From a bacterium (lineage in GTDB: Bacteria; Zhuqueibacterota; Zhuqueibacteria; Residuimicrobiales; Krinioviventaceae), in NCBI GenBank assembly GCA_963674595.2, contig CAXXFV010000003.1, positions 192,001-256,000 on the forward strand: a stretch of 64,000 nucleotides of DNA, given 5' to 3'. The notes beneath the pieces were generated by a model, which made no database searches, was not told where the DNA came from, and worked only from the letters and a program-made list of their open reading frames with translations. Positions 50,799 to 61,314 of this stretch are shown here, piece by piece. The number at the start of each line of letters is the position of its first letter. Within the stretch, counting starts at the first letter, position 1. Position numbers and translations under genes: made by a program.

Positions 50799-52250
50799 AT
50801 GACAGAAAAAGAAAATAAACATTGCGAAAAAAGTATCACAAACCTGCAAAAAAAATCTGTTCCTAAAATGCCGCTTGCAATTATTGCCATGATCGGTCCG
50901 GCCTTTATCTGGGCGTCATTTGCCCAGGGCAGCGGCGAGCTTGTATGGTGGCCTTATCTGGCCGCTAAATACGGCCTGTCCTTTATCGGTCTGCTGCTTC
51001 CGGCCTGCCTTATACAATTTTTTGTTAACGCTGAAGTCATTCGCTATACAGCTTTAACAGGTGAGGGCATCTGGGCCGGATTCAAACGACTTGGGATTTG
51101 GTACTCTATACCGCTGTTTGCACTCTGTTTTATATCGCTTCTGTGGTTCGGCGGATACGCCAGCGCCGGTGGTACGGCCCTTTATGAGCTGACACACTTT
51201 CCCGGTCATGTATCTCCCCGGGCCGGATCATTATTCTGGGCTTATGTAACCATTGCTTTGTTTTCATTCGGCATGTTTAAATCAACACGCGTATATAAAC
51301 TGCTTGAAAATTTTATGAAGGTCATTGTGGGCATAACCGTCATCGGACTTTTAATCTCACTGTTCCAGCCGCAGGTCTTTTCGGCATCAAAAGATTTTTT
51401 CTCCTCTTTTTTTAATCCCTTTAGCATCAACATCCCTGCAAACTGGGACCCGACTGACGCATCAAAACTGTTGACAGCAGTGGCCTTTGCCGGTTTGGGT
51501 GGATTTTTTACGCTGATGTATTCCTATTGGATGAAAGACAAAGGTGTGGGCATGGCTGTTTATACCGAAAAAGTCCAAACCGATAAAGATATATCCGGTA
51601 AACAACAGCCGGAACATACAGGCTTTTATTTTGAGGACACTCCGGAAAACAAAACCAACTGGATGGCCTGGCGAAAATATTTACGTTATGACAATCTTTT
51701 TGGTGTTTTAATTAATTTATTTACGGTTATGATTACAACCTGGCTGGCCCTGGCCCTGCTGGCACCCAAAGGGATTTATCCACAGGGCTGGAAAATCGCT
51801 GTGGTACAGTCCGATTTTTTTTATCAGTGGCTGGGTACAATAGGAAAAATTTTGTTCCTCATCATCGCGGCCGCTTTTCTGGGTGACACATGGTTTGCGG
51901 CAGCAGACGGCGCATCACGCGAGTTTGCGGATTTTACACGATCCCATTCATCCCGGGCCGGACAAAAAAGCTTTAGCTATTGGTATTACTTTTGGCTTGT
52001 TTTTCTTATTGCTGTTACGTGTATCACCATGCCCCTGGCACAACCCGGCGCTTTGATTCAAATTGGCGGTGTAATCAGTATCGTTGCTTTCGTTCTGTTT
52101 ATCCCTGTGCTTTATTTCCTGAACTATCGATTGCTGCCTAAAAAATTCCCACAATGGGTAGTCCCTCCTGTTTGGCGGGCTATTATACTCTGGAGTGTTT
52201 GGGCAATATATCTTTTAATAGCAATCTGGTATCTCTATATTGTTTTTTGA
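50799..52250 (+). CDS. Nramp-related (APC superfamily) transporter
   Basis: IGPAFIWASFAQGSGELVWWP, RYTALTGE, YSYWMKDKG.GM; about 11 TM; lacks DPGN. Confidence 0.78.
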   Translation: MTEKENKHCEKSITNLQKKSVPKMPLAIIAMIGPAFIWASFAQGSGELVWWPYLAAKYGLSFIGLLLPACLIQFFVNAEVIRYTALTGEGIWAGFKRLGIWYSIPLFALCFISLLWFGGYASAGGTALYELTHFPGHVSPRAGSLFWAYVTIALFSFGMFKSTRVYKLLENFMKVIVGITVIGLLISLFQPQVFSASKDFFSSFFNPFSINIPANWDPTDASKLLTAVAFAGLGGFFTLMYSYWMKDKGVGMAVYTEKVQTDKDISGKQQPEHTGFYFEDTPENKTNWMAWRKYLRYDNLFGVLINLFTVMITTWLALALLAPKGIYPQGWKIAVVQSDFFYQWLGTIGKILFLIIAAAFLGDTWFAAADGASREFADFTRSHSSRAGQKSFSYWYYFWLVFLIAVTCITMPLAQPGALIQIGGVISIVAFVLFIPVLYFLNYRLLPKKFPQWVVPPVWRAIILWSVWAIYLLIAIWYLYIVF

Positions 52251-52285
52251 AAGAAAAAATTTGCAACAAATAAAAGGAATTTAAA

Positions 52286-53725
52286 ATGGAATCCCGACAA
52301 AACAGACGTGAGTTTTGTAAACAGACATTGCTGGCCCCTGTTGGTTTGAGTTTGGCAGGTTTGTTCCAATCCTGTGCAGAAAAAAGACAAAAAAGGCCCA
52401 ATATCATCTTCATCCTGGCAGATGATCTGGGTTATGGTGATTTGGGCTGTTATGGTCAAAAAGACATTCAAACACCCAATATTGACAAACTGGCAGCCGA
52501 AGGCATGCGTTTTATGCGCCACTATTCCGGCAGTACTGTGTGCGCGCCTTCACGTCACTCTCTGATGACAGGCAGACATACCGGACATTCCTATTTACGC
52601 GGAAATTCACACAGCCTGGCCACCCGGCGCGATCCCGATGACATGACGGTTGCAACTTTTCTCAAACAGGCCGGATACCATACGGCATTAATCGGTAAAA
52701 GTCCCATGGCATGCTGGACAACCGATGCTCAATTACCGAACGACAAGGGATTCGATTACGCATTCGGTTACCTCGATCATGGCAAGGCACATCATTATTT
52801 CCCCAAAACACTTTATCGTAACGGTGAAAAAATAAACTATCCGGATAACAATCTGCACACCGGTACGGTTTACAGTGATGATTTGATTCTTGAAGAATCA
52901 TTAAAATATATTGAAGAAAGAGCAAAAGCAGATCAGCCCTTTTTTATACACCTCGCTCTTCAAATCCCGCATGCCAGTTTGGTGGCTGAGGAAAAATGGA
53001 AAGCTAAATATCGGAACAAGTTTGATGAACAACCGGTAACCGACCAGAACCATTATACCAACCAACCGGAACCCAAAACGACTTATGCCGCCATGGTTTC
53101 AAGAATGGATTGGGATGTGGGTCAGGTGCTCAACAAACTGCAGGAACTTGGGCTGGATGAGAATACGATTGTTCTGTTTTCCAGCGATAATGGTTCCATG
53201 AACGAAGGAGGCTATCAAAGAACATGGTTCAAATCAAGCGGAGAATTACGGGGCGGTAAACGTGATCTGTATGAAGGCGGCGTTCGCGTACCCCTGATCG
53301 TGCGCTGGCCCGGAAAAATAGAAGCCGGAAGTAAAAGTCAGCATATCTCAGCTTTTTGGGATTTTCTACCGACTGCCCTTGAAATTGCAGGCGCAAAAAT
53401 ACCGAATGATATAGACGGCATTTCCTTTCTGCCCACACTTTTAGGAAAAGAGAATCAAAAAGAACATGATCATCTTTACTGGGAATTTCATGAACAAAAC
53501 GGGAAAAGGGCGGTATTGGCCGGAGACTGGAAAGCAGTCCAGTTAAACATGCATTCCAATCCTGGTAAAATAGAACTCTACAACCTGGCAGACGATCCTT
53601 CGGAAACAAACGATATTGCAGACAGCCATCCCGACAAAGTAAACGAACTTGCCGAATTGATGGAAAAAGCGCATAGCCCCCACCCGGTGTATTACTGGGG
53701 CAATCCGGACTTGGTAAGAAAATAA
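52286..53725 (+). CDS. Arylsulfatase, Tat-exported lipoprotein
   Basis: RREFCK..FQSC; PNIIFILADDLGYGD; CAPSR; SSDNG; YEGGVRVP. Confidence 0.93.
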   Translation: MESRQNRREFCKQTLLAPVGLSLAGLFQSCAEKRQKRPNIIFILADDLGYGDLGCYGQKDIQTPNIDKLAAEGMRFMRHYSGSTVCAPSRHSLMTGRHTGHSYLRGNSHSLATRRDPDDMTVATFLKQAGYHTALIGKSPMACWTTDAQLPNDKGFDYAFGYLDHGKAHHYFPKTLYRNGEKINYPDNNLHTGTVYSDDLILEESLKYIEERAKADQPFFIHLALQIPHASLVAEEKWKAKYRNKFDEQPVTDQNHYTNQPEPKTTYAAMVSRMDWDVGQVLNKLQELGLDENTIVLFSSDNGSMNEGGYQRTWFKSSGELRGGKRDLYEGGVRVPLIVRWPGKIEAGSKSQHISAFWDFLPTALEIAGAKIPNDIDGISFLPTLLGKENQKEHDHLYWEFHEQNGKRAVLAGDWKAVQLNMHSNPGKIELYNLADDPSETNDIADSHPDKVNELAELMEKAHSPHPVYYWGNPDLVRK

Positions 53726-53918
53726 AATTGATGTTTTAAACATTAAAATAAATTCGTGAAATAATATATTGAAAGGTCTATTTTTGATTTAAAATAAGAT
53801 ATATCAAAAAGAGTTAACTGTTTTTATTTCATAATCAAATTTGATAGCATAACCGTACTTAAATATCATCACCATAGTTTTCTGACTTAATCATTCAATT
53901 CAAAAAAAAGGTAAGGGT

Positions 53919-54911
53919 ATGAGAAAGTTGACAATTGCGATTATTTTACTGGTGATAGGCCTAAATTTTATGTGCAAACAAACAGAAACATCACAACAAT
54001 ACATTCAGATCAAAGGAAAACTCGACGGGCATAAATTTAATTATACGCCGGAAGCTTATGGTGCAGCGCTGTATGTTGATGATCTTGAATTCCAATTTAA
54101 AAAAATCAAAATCGGAGATATTTCATACGATGAGATTGAAATAAATAATATCAATAAAAGAGGTTTGTTACATGTCGGCCGGTTCCAAATCAACCAAAAA
54201 CCGCAGGATAGTTCACAGGTTGATATCAATTTCAACATTGCTAATGCTTGTGCAGAAATAGATATTCCGGGCGGAACATTTGAAATAACCAGAATTTTAA
54301 AAGACAGAATTGCCGGTCAATTAAAAATGGATATTTCGGAAAACGATTGGGTCCAATGCGAATTTGATTTAAAATTATATGATTTTATAGCAAAATTACC
54401 TTTTCCGGTAAAAAGTATGGATGGAACGGATCTGGAATATAAAAAAATAACCGATTCATATCCGGATGACTCTCTCAAATATGGAGACCTGGCTTTAAAT
54501 GGGAATTTTAAAAATGTAGAGTTTAATACGTTAATAAAAAATGGTCATATCCAGATGAACAAAGCTAGCATGGAAATAATAGCTTACAATGTCGATTTAT
54601 TAAACCATATTGAAATTGAAATGCAGGCACTCCCCATTGACGAAAAATTACGTGTCGGCAGTTTCACACTTGTTCCCATGGACCAGCAGGGCAAGATCAA
54701 ATTGGCAAATAACGAACTTTTTGCAGAATGGGAAGATTCCATTTCAAAAGATTCATTTGATAAAGATTATCCGATACAAGGGAATTTTGAGATCCTTGCT
54801 TACGATAGTACAACCATAGCCGGTGCTTTTACATTTAATATTCTTGATAGCCTCATGTCAATAGGTTTTGCAAACGGGAAATTTAAATTACCTGTTCAAA
54901 TTATAAAATAA
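53919..54911 (+). CDS. Hypothetical exported protein/lipoprotein
   Basis: Signal ending FMC; two similar beta halves (GTFEIT..IAG / GNFEIL..IAG). Confidence 0.75.
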   Translation: MRKLTIAIILLVIGLNFMCKQTETSQQYIQIKGKLDGHKFNYTPEAYGAALYVDDLEFQFKKIKIGDISYDEIEINNINKRGLLHVGRFQINQKPQDSSQVDINFNIANACAEIDIPGGTFEITRILKDRIAGQLKMDISENDWVQCEFDLKLYDFIAKLPFPVKSMDGTDLEYKKITDSYPDDSLKYGDLALNGNFKNVEFNTLIKNGHIQMNKASMEIIAYNVDLLNHIEIEMQALPIDEKLRVGSFTLVPMDQQGKIKLANNELFAEWEDSISKDSFDKDYPIQGNFEILAYDSTTIAGAFTFNILDSLMSIGFANGKFKLPVQIIK

Positions 54912-54981
54912 AAGATCAGTTTTCAGAGTATTAGCAAAAATAAAATAAATAACAATTTTTATAAAATTTTTGGAGGGTATC

Positions 54982-57456
54982 ATGAGAACATTTAAACTCG
55001 TGTATATAAATTTTATTTTAATCTTTTCACTGTCATCCGTCGTTATGGCACAATCACAGATGATTGCCGATATTACTGAAAATGTGGAAACAGAGTTTGC
55101 GACATACCAACCCTATTTGGTCGAATTTACTCCATCAGTCCCATCGTTTACAATTGATCCGGATTTTGCTAATGTAAATTATTTTACTAGAATGCCATCT
55201 ACCTTAAATGAAACAGAAATGAATTTACTGGCAAAGAACTATTTTATCGTAAAAAAATCACCCTATAAACAGTTATTTGATATCTATAATGAATGTACCT
55301 GGCACGGCACCCCGGTTTTTGTAACAACAGATGCGGTTTTGCATACCTTTCATGTTTTGTATGATAAACTTTTAGCGGAAATTGAAATACAAAAGTTTAA
55401 CAGCATGCTGCGGTACATGACCGATACCTTACTTGCAAACGCAAAAATAACAAGTCAAACCGCATCAAATTCTGCCGTGCAGGAAGCAGCCTTGAAAAAC
55501 CTGGCCTTTTTGTATGTTGCCAAAAAATTACTGGACGGCGACACCGTAACTGTTCCGGAATCTGTTTCCGCTCTGGTGGATTCAGAACTGGTGCTGATCC
55601 AAAACACAAAAGGATATGCTTTTTCACCAATTTTAGGGACGTTTTCCAAAATGGACTATAGCCAGTTCAAAGTACGGGGCCATTACACACAGTCAGATGA
55701 ACTGAAAGCATATTTTAAAACCATGATGTGGTACGGCTGGACCATCATGACTATGGAACCCGATTTATTCGGTGAGATAGCGGAACGCCACACCCTGCAG
55801 GCGCTTATGCTGGTGCAAATGATTTTCAATCTGGAATCGGACGAACAGCCGCTATTGGAATTATGGAAAAATATTTATGAACCCACTGTTTTCTTTGTCG
55901 GTAAAACAGACGATCCAAACATTCACGACTATAAAACAATTGCCGACCAGGTTTACGGTGAAAATTTCCTGTCACTTGACCCGGACGAGTTGGCGGACAG
56001 CGCATCCCTGACTCAGTTTATGGCTAAAGCCCAGGAATTGCCGGAGCCCAAAATACCCAACTGGATTTATGGTACTTTTATAACCTATAAAGGATTTCGT
56101 TTCATGGGCCAGCGATTTATACCGGATTCATATATGCTAGCCCATTTAATTGATCCCTATGTAAGGGATCGTTTTTTCCCGATGGGATTGGACATCATGT
56201 CAATACTGGGTTCGGAGCGGGCCTTAACAATTGCCGATTCTGTTTATAACGAAACGTCCTTTACAAACTACACCGAAACAATTAATCAATTTAAACAGGA
56301 ATACAAAGCATTGAGCGCTGAAACCTGGGCGCAAAATCTTTACTGGAACTGGCTGTATTGCCTGATGCCGCTGTTTTACGAAAAAGGCCCCGGCTATCCG
56401 TTATTTATGCAATCACCTGCCTGGATGGACAAGGAACTGATGACGGCGCTGGCTTCCTGGGCGGAATTACGGCATGATACCATTCTCTATGCCAAACAAT
56501 CAACATCCCCATGCGGCATTACGCCGGGACCACCCAAAGGTTACGTAGAGCCGAACCCGTATCTTTATGCACGTTTGGCAAGTCTGACCAAATTTGCCAG
56601 AGAAGGCCTTGGCTCGCGAAATTTGTTTCTGGATGAATTTACGGAAAAATTTGCTCTGTTTGAAGATTTGTTGATTTTCTTAAAAAGAATTTCGATTAAA
56701 GAACTGGAAAATACTCCATTAACAGACACGGAATACGATGACATTTATTGTTTCGGCAAAGTTATGGAAAAAATTGTTTCCGAGGTCAAAGACCCATCCA
56801 ATCCCTGGGAATCAGACGCAGATGACATGGCTGTTGTAGCCGATGTGCATACGGATTCCAATTCCGACAAATGTCTTGAAGAAGGTGTCGGATATCCGCT
56901 GGAAATATATGTCATTGTCAATGAAGGCGGCGATACAAGAATGACCCGTGGCGCTATCTTTTCTTATTATGAATTCAAGCAGCCTATTTCAGACCGGCTA
57001 ACGGACGAACAATGGCGTGAGATGCTGGTCAGTGAAACCCCGCCACAATTGCCCAAATGGATGTCGAGTTTTATTGCCAATGAATATATGCCCTACGGGT
57101 TTTACGACTATGCACCGGAAAACCTGTTTCACAAAGACTTTGTCGCTGTCGAACAGGATGACAAAACCAAAGTGCCGCAAAAACTGAATCTTTTACAGAA
57201 TTATCCCAATCCATTTAATCCGGAAACGGTGATCCAATTTGAATTGCCTGAACCGGGATACATAAAACTCTCGATTTATAACATGCTGGGACGACAAATA
57301 AAAACTTTATTTGACGGGTACAAATCCGCCGGATTTTACCAGGAAACATGGAACGGTCTTGATGCATTAGGGAAACAAGTCCCCAGCGGTGTTTATTTTT
57401 ACAGACTGGAGGTTAACAGACAACAATATATAAAGAAAATGATGATGGTGCGATAA
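54982..57456 (+). CDS. DUF3160-domain protein with FlgD-Ig/T9SS-like CTD
   Basis: PVFVTTD..LH, DYSQFKVRGHYT, FRFMGQRF, SWAELRHDTILYAKQ, VADVHT, RLTDEQW; NYPNPFNP CTD. Confidence 0.87.
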   Translation: MRTFKLVYINFILIFSLSSVVMAQSQMIADITENVETEFATYQPYLVEFTPSVPSFTIDPDFANVNYFTRMPSTLNETEMNLLAKNYFIVKKSPYKQLFDIYNECTWHGTPVFVTTDAVLHTFHVLYDKLLAEIEIQKFNSMLRYMTDTLLANAKITSQTASNSAVQEAALKNLAFLYVAKKLLDGDTVTVPESVSALVDSELVLIQNTKGYAFSPILGTFSKMDYSQFKVRGHYTQSDELKAYFKTMMWYGWTIMTMEPDLFGEIAERHTLQALMLVQMIFNLESDEQPLLELWKNIYEPTVFFVGKTDDPNIHDYKTIADQVYGENFLSLDPDELADSASLTQFMAKAQELPEPKIPNWIYGTFITYKGFRFMGQRFIPDSYMLAHLIDPYVRDRFFPMGLDIMSILGSERALTIADSVYNETSFTNYTETINQFKQEYKALSAETWAQNLYWNWLYCLMPLFYEKGPGYPLFMQSPAWMDKELMTALASWAELRHDTILYAKQSTSPCGITPGPPKGYVEPNPYLYARLASLTKFAREGLGSRNLFLDEFTEKFALFEDLLIFLKRISIKELENTPLTDTEYDDIYCFGKVMEKIVSEVKDPSNPWESDADDMAVVADVHTDSNSDKCLEEGVGYPLEIYVIVNEGGDTRMTRGAIFSYYEFKQPISDRLTDEQWREMLVSETPPQLPKWMSSFIANEYMPYGFYDYAPENLFHKDFVAVEQDDKTKVPQKLNLLQNYPNPFNPETVIQFELPEPGYIKLSIYNMLGRQIKTLFDGYKSAGFYQETWNGLDALGKQVPSGVYFYRLEVNRQQYIKKMMMVR

Positions 57457-57492
57457 AAAAAATTTTGAAATCAAATTGGATGAATAACGATC

Positions 57493-57915
57493 CTAAATAA
57501 ACGGATTAATTATTGAAAGGGATTGTATTTTTTGCTGATGTTGCAAATCCTCGGAATATAGGATATTACACTCTGCTTGTATAGCAGCAGCGATTATCAA
57601 AGAATCATAAAAAGAATATTTCCATCGTTCCATAATATCTAAAGCTCTGTGATAAATCTCTATATTTGAAAAAATCGTACATAATGGAGCCAATACATTA
57701 TCCAAATACTTTTGACAATCACTAACAGAAAAAGGAACCAAAAACTTGCGTGTTGCGACATTAATAAATTCCTGGATAACTTGATAACTGATACAGCCAT
57801 TTTTTTCAAAAAGAGCTCTTTTAACAAGGTTATGTGCTTTTTCCCTTTTTACCGGTTCACTCTGATTGAATGCATAAACAAAAATATTCGTATCGATAAA
57901 ATATTTATCGTTCAT
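57493..57915 (-). CDS. vapC: PIN-domain toxin
   Basis: FIDTNIFVY, QVIQEF, SFYDSLIIAAA, LYSEDLQH. Confidence 0.92.
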   Translation of the reverse strand: MNDKYFIDTNIFVYAFNQSEPVKREKAHNLVKRALFEKNGCISYQVIQEFINVATRKFLVPFSVSDCQKYLDNVLAPLCTIFSNIEIYHRALDIMERWKYSFYDSLIIAAAIQAECNILYSEDLQHQQKIQSLSIINPFI

Positions 57916-58126
57916 TTAACTCATCCCGTGTATATTTTTTGTCTGATTTCACATAACTCAGAGTTTGCATCAATTCATCATAGTCTTGTGCTTTAAAACT
58001 GGAATTTGCAAAAGTTTTTAGCCACTGCCGAAAAGAGGCATTTAACGTTGTTTTATCAGCCTGTGCCCTTTTTCTGGCTTTTTCAATTAATTCTTCGTCA
58101 GCACTTAATGTAATATTTTTTAGCAT
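57905..58126 (-). CDS. Antitoxin (RHH-like) of vapBC pair
   Basis: 73 aa, KNITLSADEELIEKAR..TLN..FRQWL..TRDELNER; overlaps the toxin start. Confidence 0.85.
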   Translation of the reverse strand: MLKNITLSADEELIEKARKRAQADKTTLNASFRQWLKTFANSSFKAQDYDELMQTLSYVKSDKKYTRDELNER

Positions 58127-58152
58127 ATCATTAACTCCAAAATTTTATAATT

Positions 58153-58182
58153 ACACGATTGCAGTGTACACTAATATAGTGT
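58153..58182. promoter_or_regulatory. Tandem palindromic operator of TA operon
   Basis: Two adjacent ACAC-N7-GTGT boxes (58153-58167, 58168-58182) just upstream of the antitoxin. Confidence 0.65.
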
Positions 58183-58261
58183 GTTTAGTTATAAAAAGCA
58201 ATATACTTTTAATAAAAGTTTACGAATCTCCAGTTCAAGTGGATAAAAATATCCTCACCTA

Positions 58262-58951
58262 TCACCTTACCCGGCAATCCCGGCCATACTCTTTTAATTC
58301 CTGTATTATTTCGTTCAGTTCATCCTGGGTATATTGCTCGGTTTCTGCGAGTTCAGGATCGTAGACGTTGGTTGGAACGAATTTTTGCAAATAAAAACGT
58401 TCCGCCCCTTTAATCGTTATGGTAATTTTTTTCAGATCCTCCACTGTTGTGAGATGTTTTACCACGGTGGTCCGAAATTCATGATGAATACCGGAGGTTA
58501 TAATCAATTCAATACTCTTTTCCAATACCTCCGCATCAACCTCATACCCTGCAATCTTTGCATAATCCGGCAGCGGCGCTTTTACATCCATGGCAATATA
58601 ATCAACAAGTTTTTTATGAACAAGCAGTTGCAGCATATCCGGATGTGTGCCGTTGGTGTCCAGTTTTACTAAAAATCCCATCGTTTTAATTTTTTCAGCA
58701 AATTCAGGTAAATCCGTATGCAGTGTCGGCTCACCCCCTGTTATACAAACCCCATCCAGCTTGCTGCGACGCGTTTCTAAAAAGCTGAAAATATCAGCAA
58801 CAGGTATATTTTGCACCTGTTTTCCGGGAATGATTAATTCGGGATTGTGGCAGTAACGACAGCGAAAGTTGCAGCCGACCGTAAAAATAACAGCCGCAAT
58901 TTTCCCGGGATAATCAATCAAGGAACATTTTTGCAATCCGCCAATGATCAT
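58262..58951 (-). CDS. nrdG: Anaerobic ribonucleotide reductase activating radical SAM enzyme
   Basis: SLIDYPG, CNFRCRYC, ITGGEP, KLDTNG; follows nrdD. Confidence 0.95.
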   Translation of the reverse strand: MIIGGLQKCSLIDYPGKIAAVIFTVGCNFRCRYCHNPELIIPGKQVQNIPVADIFSFLETRRSKLDGVCITGGEPTLHTDLPEFAEKIKTMGFLVKLDTNGTHPDMLQLLVHKKLVDYIAMDVKAPLPDYAKIAGYEVDAEVLEKSIELIITSGIHHEFRTTVVKHLTTVEDLKKITITIKGAERFYLQKFVPTNVYDPELAETEQYTQDELNEIIQELKEYGRDCRVR

Positions 58952-58953
58952 GT

Positions 58954-61038
58954 TCAGGCTGCAAAGGTTTGACGTAAATCAAATTCGGCTTTTTTGCCGT
59001 CATTCCATTGATTTATCGGGCGCAAATAGCCGACAACCCGTGAATAAATCTCACAAGAACTGGAACATTTTTCACAAACTGCCACTTCTCCCGAAATATA
59101 ACCGTGATTTGGACAGACACTGAATGTCGGCGTTAGAGTAAAATATGGTAAATGATAATTTTCACAAATCTTTTTTACCATGTTTTTCACGCTTTCAGTT
59201 TCTTTAATTCTTTCACCAAGGAAAAAATGTAAAACCGTACCGCCGGTGTATTTCACCTGTAAATCATCCTGCAATTCCAGGGCCTCAAAAATATCGTCCG
59301 TAAAATTGACAGGCAATTGTGTCGAGTTGGTATAAAACGGATTCTTGACATCTTTACCCTGTCCATTGCCAAAAATGGCTTTCTGAAATTGCTGCTGGTC
59401 CAAAAGCGCTAATTTATACGATGTCCCTTCTGCCGGCGTTGCTTCCAGGTTGTAATTATTTCCGGTTTCTGTCTGAAAATCGATAATAACATCGCGCATA
59501 AAATCCAAAACATCCTCTGCAAATTGTTTCCCTTTTGCGGAGGCAATATTTTTTCCATAAATATTTTCTATGGCCTCGTTCATACCCACAACGCCGATTG
59601 TGGAAAAATGGTTCTTCCAAAAATTGCTGTGCTGTTCTATAATATTCCTTAAATAAAATTTTGTATAGGGATAAAGATTACAATCCGTAAAGTGTTCCAA
59701 AACTTTTCTTTTAATTTCCAGACTGTCCCTGGCAATGACCATAAGCTCCCTAAGCCGGTCCATAAACTCTTTTTCACTTTTGGATTTTAATCCAATACGG
59801 GGTAAATTTATCGTTACAACGCCGATAGAGCCGGTTAAAGGATTGGCACCAAACAAACCGCCGCCGCGTTTTTCCAACTGCCTGTTATCAATCCTTAACC
59901 GACAGCACATGGAACGAGCGTCATCCGGGCTCATATCTGAATTCACAAAATTCGAAAAATAGGGCAATCCATATTTACCTGCTGCTTCCCACAATAATTC
60001 ACTCGATTCGCTGTCCCAATCAAAATCTTTGGTAATATTATATGTTGGAATTGGAAAAGTAAAAACACGCCCGCTGGCGTCGCCTGCAATCATAACTTCC
60101 AAAAAGGCCTTGTTAAACATGTCCATCTCTTTTTGAAAATCCGCATAGCACTCGTTTTGCGGCATGCCGCCAATAATAACCGCCTGTTCAGCATAATGTT
60201 TTGGGACCGTCAAATCCAGCGTAACGTTTGTAAAGGGCGTTTGAAAACCAACCCGGGTAGGTACATTCAGATTAAAAAGAAACTCCTGAATGGCCTGTTT
60301 AACTTCTTTGTATGTCAAATTATCATAGCGGATAAACGGGGCAAGTAACGTGTCAAAATTACTAAAAGCCTGGGCACCGGCTGCTTCGCCTTGCAGGGTG
60401 TAAAAAAAGTTCACAATTTGTCCCAATGCGGCACGAAAATGCTTTGGCGGTTTGCTGGTAATTTTGCCTTCAACGCCAGTGAACCCTTCCATCAACAGGT
60501 CCCACAGATCCCATCCCACACAATAAACGGAAAGTATGTTCAGGTCATGAATATGAAAATCACCATCAGTATGGGCCGCCCTAATATTTTCCGGATATAT
60601 TTTATTAAGCCAATAATTTTTACTGATTTCACTGGAAATATAATTGTTCAATCCCTGCAACGAATAGGACATGTTACTGTTTTCTTTTACCTGCCAGTCT
60701 GTTTTGTAAAGATACTTTTCAACCAAACCATTGTTAACAGCATTGGTAAGTTCACGCAATTGTTTATGCTGGTCCCGGTATAATATATAGGCCTTGGCGG
60801 TCCTTTTAAACTTTGAATCCAACAAAACATCCTCTACAATATCCTGTATCTGTTCGACCTGGGGAATATTGTCGTGAATGATTTGTTCGGCCAGGAGCAA
60901 CACCTTTTGAGTCAACCGGCCTGCCCTAACAACATCAAACTCTCCCGTTGCTTTTCCGGCTTTGGCAATCGCCTGAACAATCTTGTTTTCGTCAAAATCG
61001 ACAATCTGATCATTGCGTTTTTTAATCTGTTTGAACAT
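58954..61038 (-). CDS. nrdD: Class III (anaerobic) ribonucleotide reductase with ATP cone; true start 61038
   Basis: IKKRND ATP cone, HIHDL, SMCCRL, EATPAE, YSRVVGYLRP; RBS GAAAGGA; ORF-track extension runs through the riboswitch. Confidence 0.95.
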   Translation of the reverse strand: MFKQIKKRNDQIVDFDENKIVQAIAKAGKATGEFDVVRAGRLTQKVLLLAEQIIHDNIPQVEQIQDIVEDVLLDSKFKRTAKAYILYRDQHKQLRELTNAVNNGLVEKYLYKTDWQVKENSNMSYSLQGLNNYISSEISKNYWLNKIYPENIRAAHTDGDFHIHDLNILSVYCVGWDLWDLLMEGFTGVEGKITSKPPKHFRAALGQIVNFFYTLQGEAAGAQAFSNFDTLLAPFIRYDNLTYKEVKQAIQEFLFNLNVPTRVGFQTPFTNVTLDLTVPKHYAEQAVIIGGMPQNECYADFQKEMDMFNKAFLEVMIAGDASGRVFTFPIPTYNITKDFDWDSESSELLWEAAGKYGLPYFSNFVNSDMSPDDARSMCCRLRIDNRQLEKRGGGLFGANPLTGSIGVVTINLPRIGLKSKSEKEFMDRLRELMVIARDSLEIKRKVLEHFTDCNLYPYTKFYLRNIIEQHSNFWKNHFSTIGVVGMNEAIENIYGKNIASAKGKQFAEDVLDFMRDVIIDFQTETGNNYNLEATPAEGTSYKLALLDQQQFQKAIFGNGQGKDVKNPFYTNSTQLPVNFTDDIFEALELQDDLQVKYTGGTVLHFFLGERIKETESVKNMVKKICENYHLPYFTLTPTFSVCPNHGYISGEVAVCEKCSSSCEIYSRVVGYLRPINQWNDGKKAEFDLRQTFAA

Positions 61039-61057
61039 GGTTTTCCTTTCGGGATTA

Positions 61058-61088
61058 AACAAAAAAAACTCGGCCAAAGCGCCAAGTT
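61058..61088 (-). terminator. Attenuator terminator in the nrdD leader
   Basis: Minus strand AACTTGGC-GCTTTG-GCCGAGTT followed by T-run, between aptamer and start codon. Confidence 0.8.
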
Positions 61089-61136
61089 CCTGTGTAATCC
61101 AAATGGCTTGACGCGAACCAAAAGCGGACCTTTTTA

Positions 61137-61213
61137 GGTTCATTGTACAGGGTCGGACTATAACCGTTGCGCGACAGTACCGGAATTTCACCGGATTTCA
61201 CCATACAAACCGC
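61137..61213 (-). ncRNA. Cobalamin riboswitch (short class II/variant type)
   Basis: Minus strand TTGTATGGTGAAATCCGGTGAAATTCCGGTACTGTCGCGCAACGGTTATAGTCCGACCCTGTACAA: T-loop hairpin, CTGTCGCGCAACGG hairpin, AGTCCG B12 box, closing P1. Confidence 0.88.
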
Positions 61214-61314
61214 TTTAAATTTTCTTATATTCTATAATTTATTGTTTATAAACAAGACCTCTTAATTCCTATTACATATTTATTTTAACATCCGTTCCGG
61301 TACAATAAACACAA

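Noticed and set aside
58168-58182. ACACTAATATAGTGT as an NrdR box
   Set aside because: 15 bp rather than 16, downstream of nrdG, and tandem with a second ACAC-N7-GTGT before the antitoxin; fits TA autoregulation
61039-61191. N-terminal extension of NrdD in the ORF track
   Set aside because: Overlaps the riboswitch and terminator; RBS and ATP cone begin at 61038
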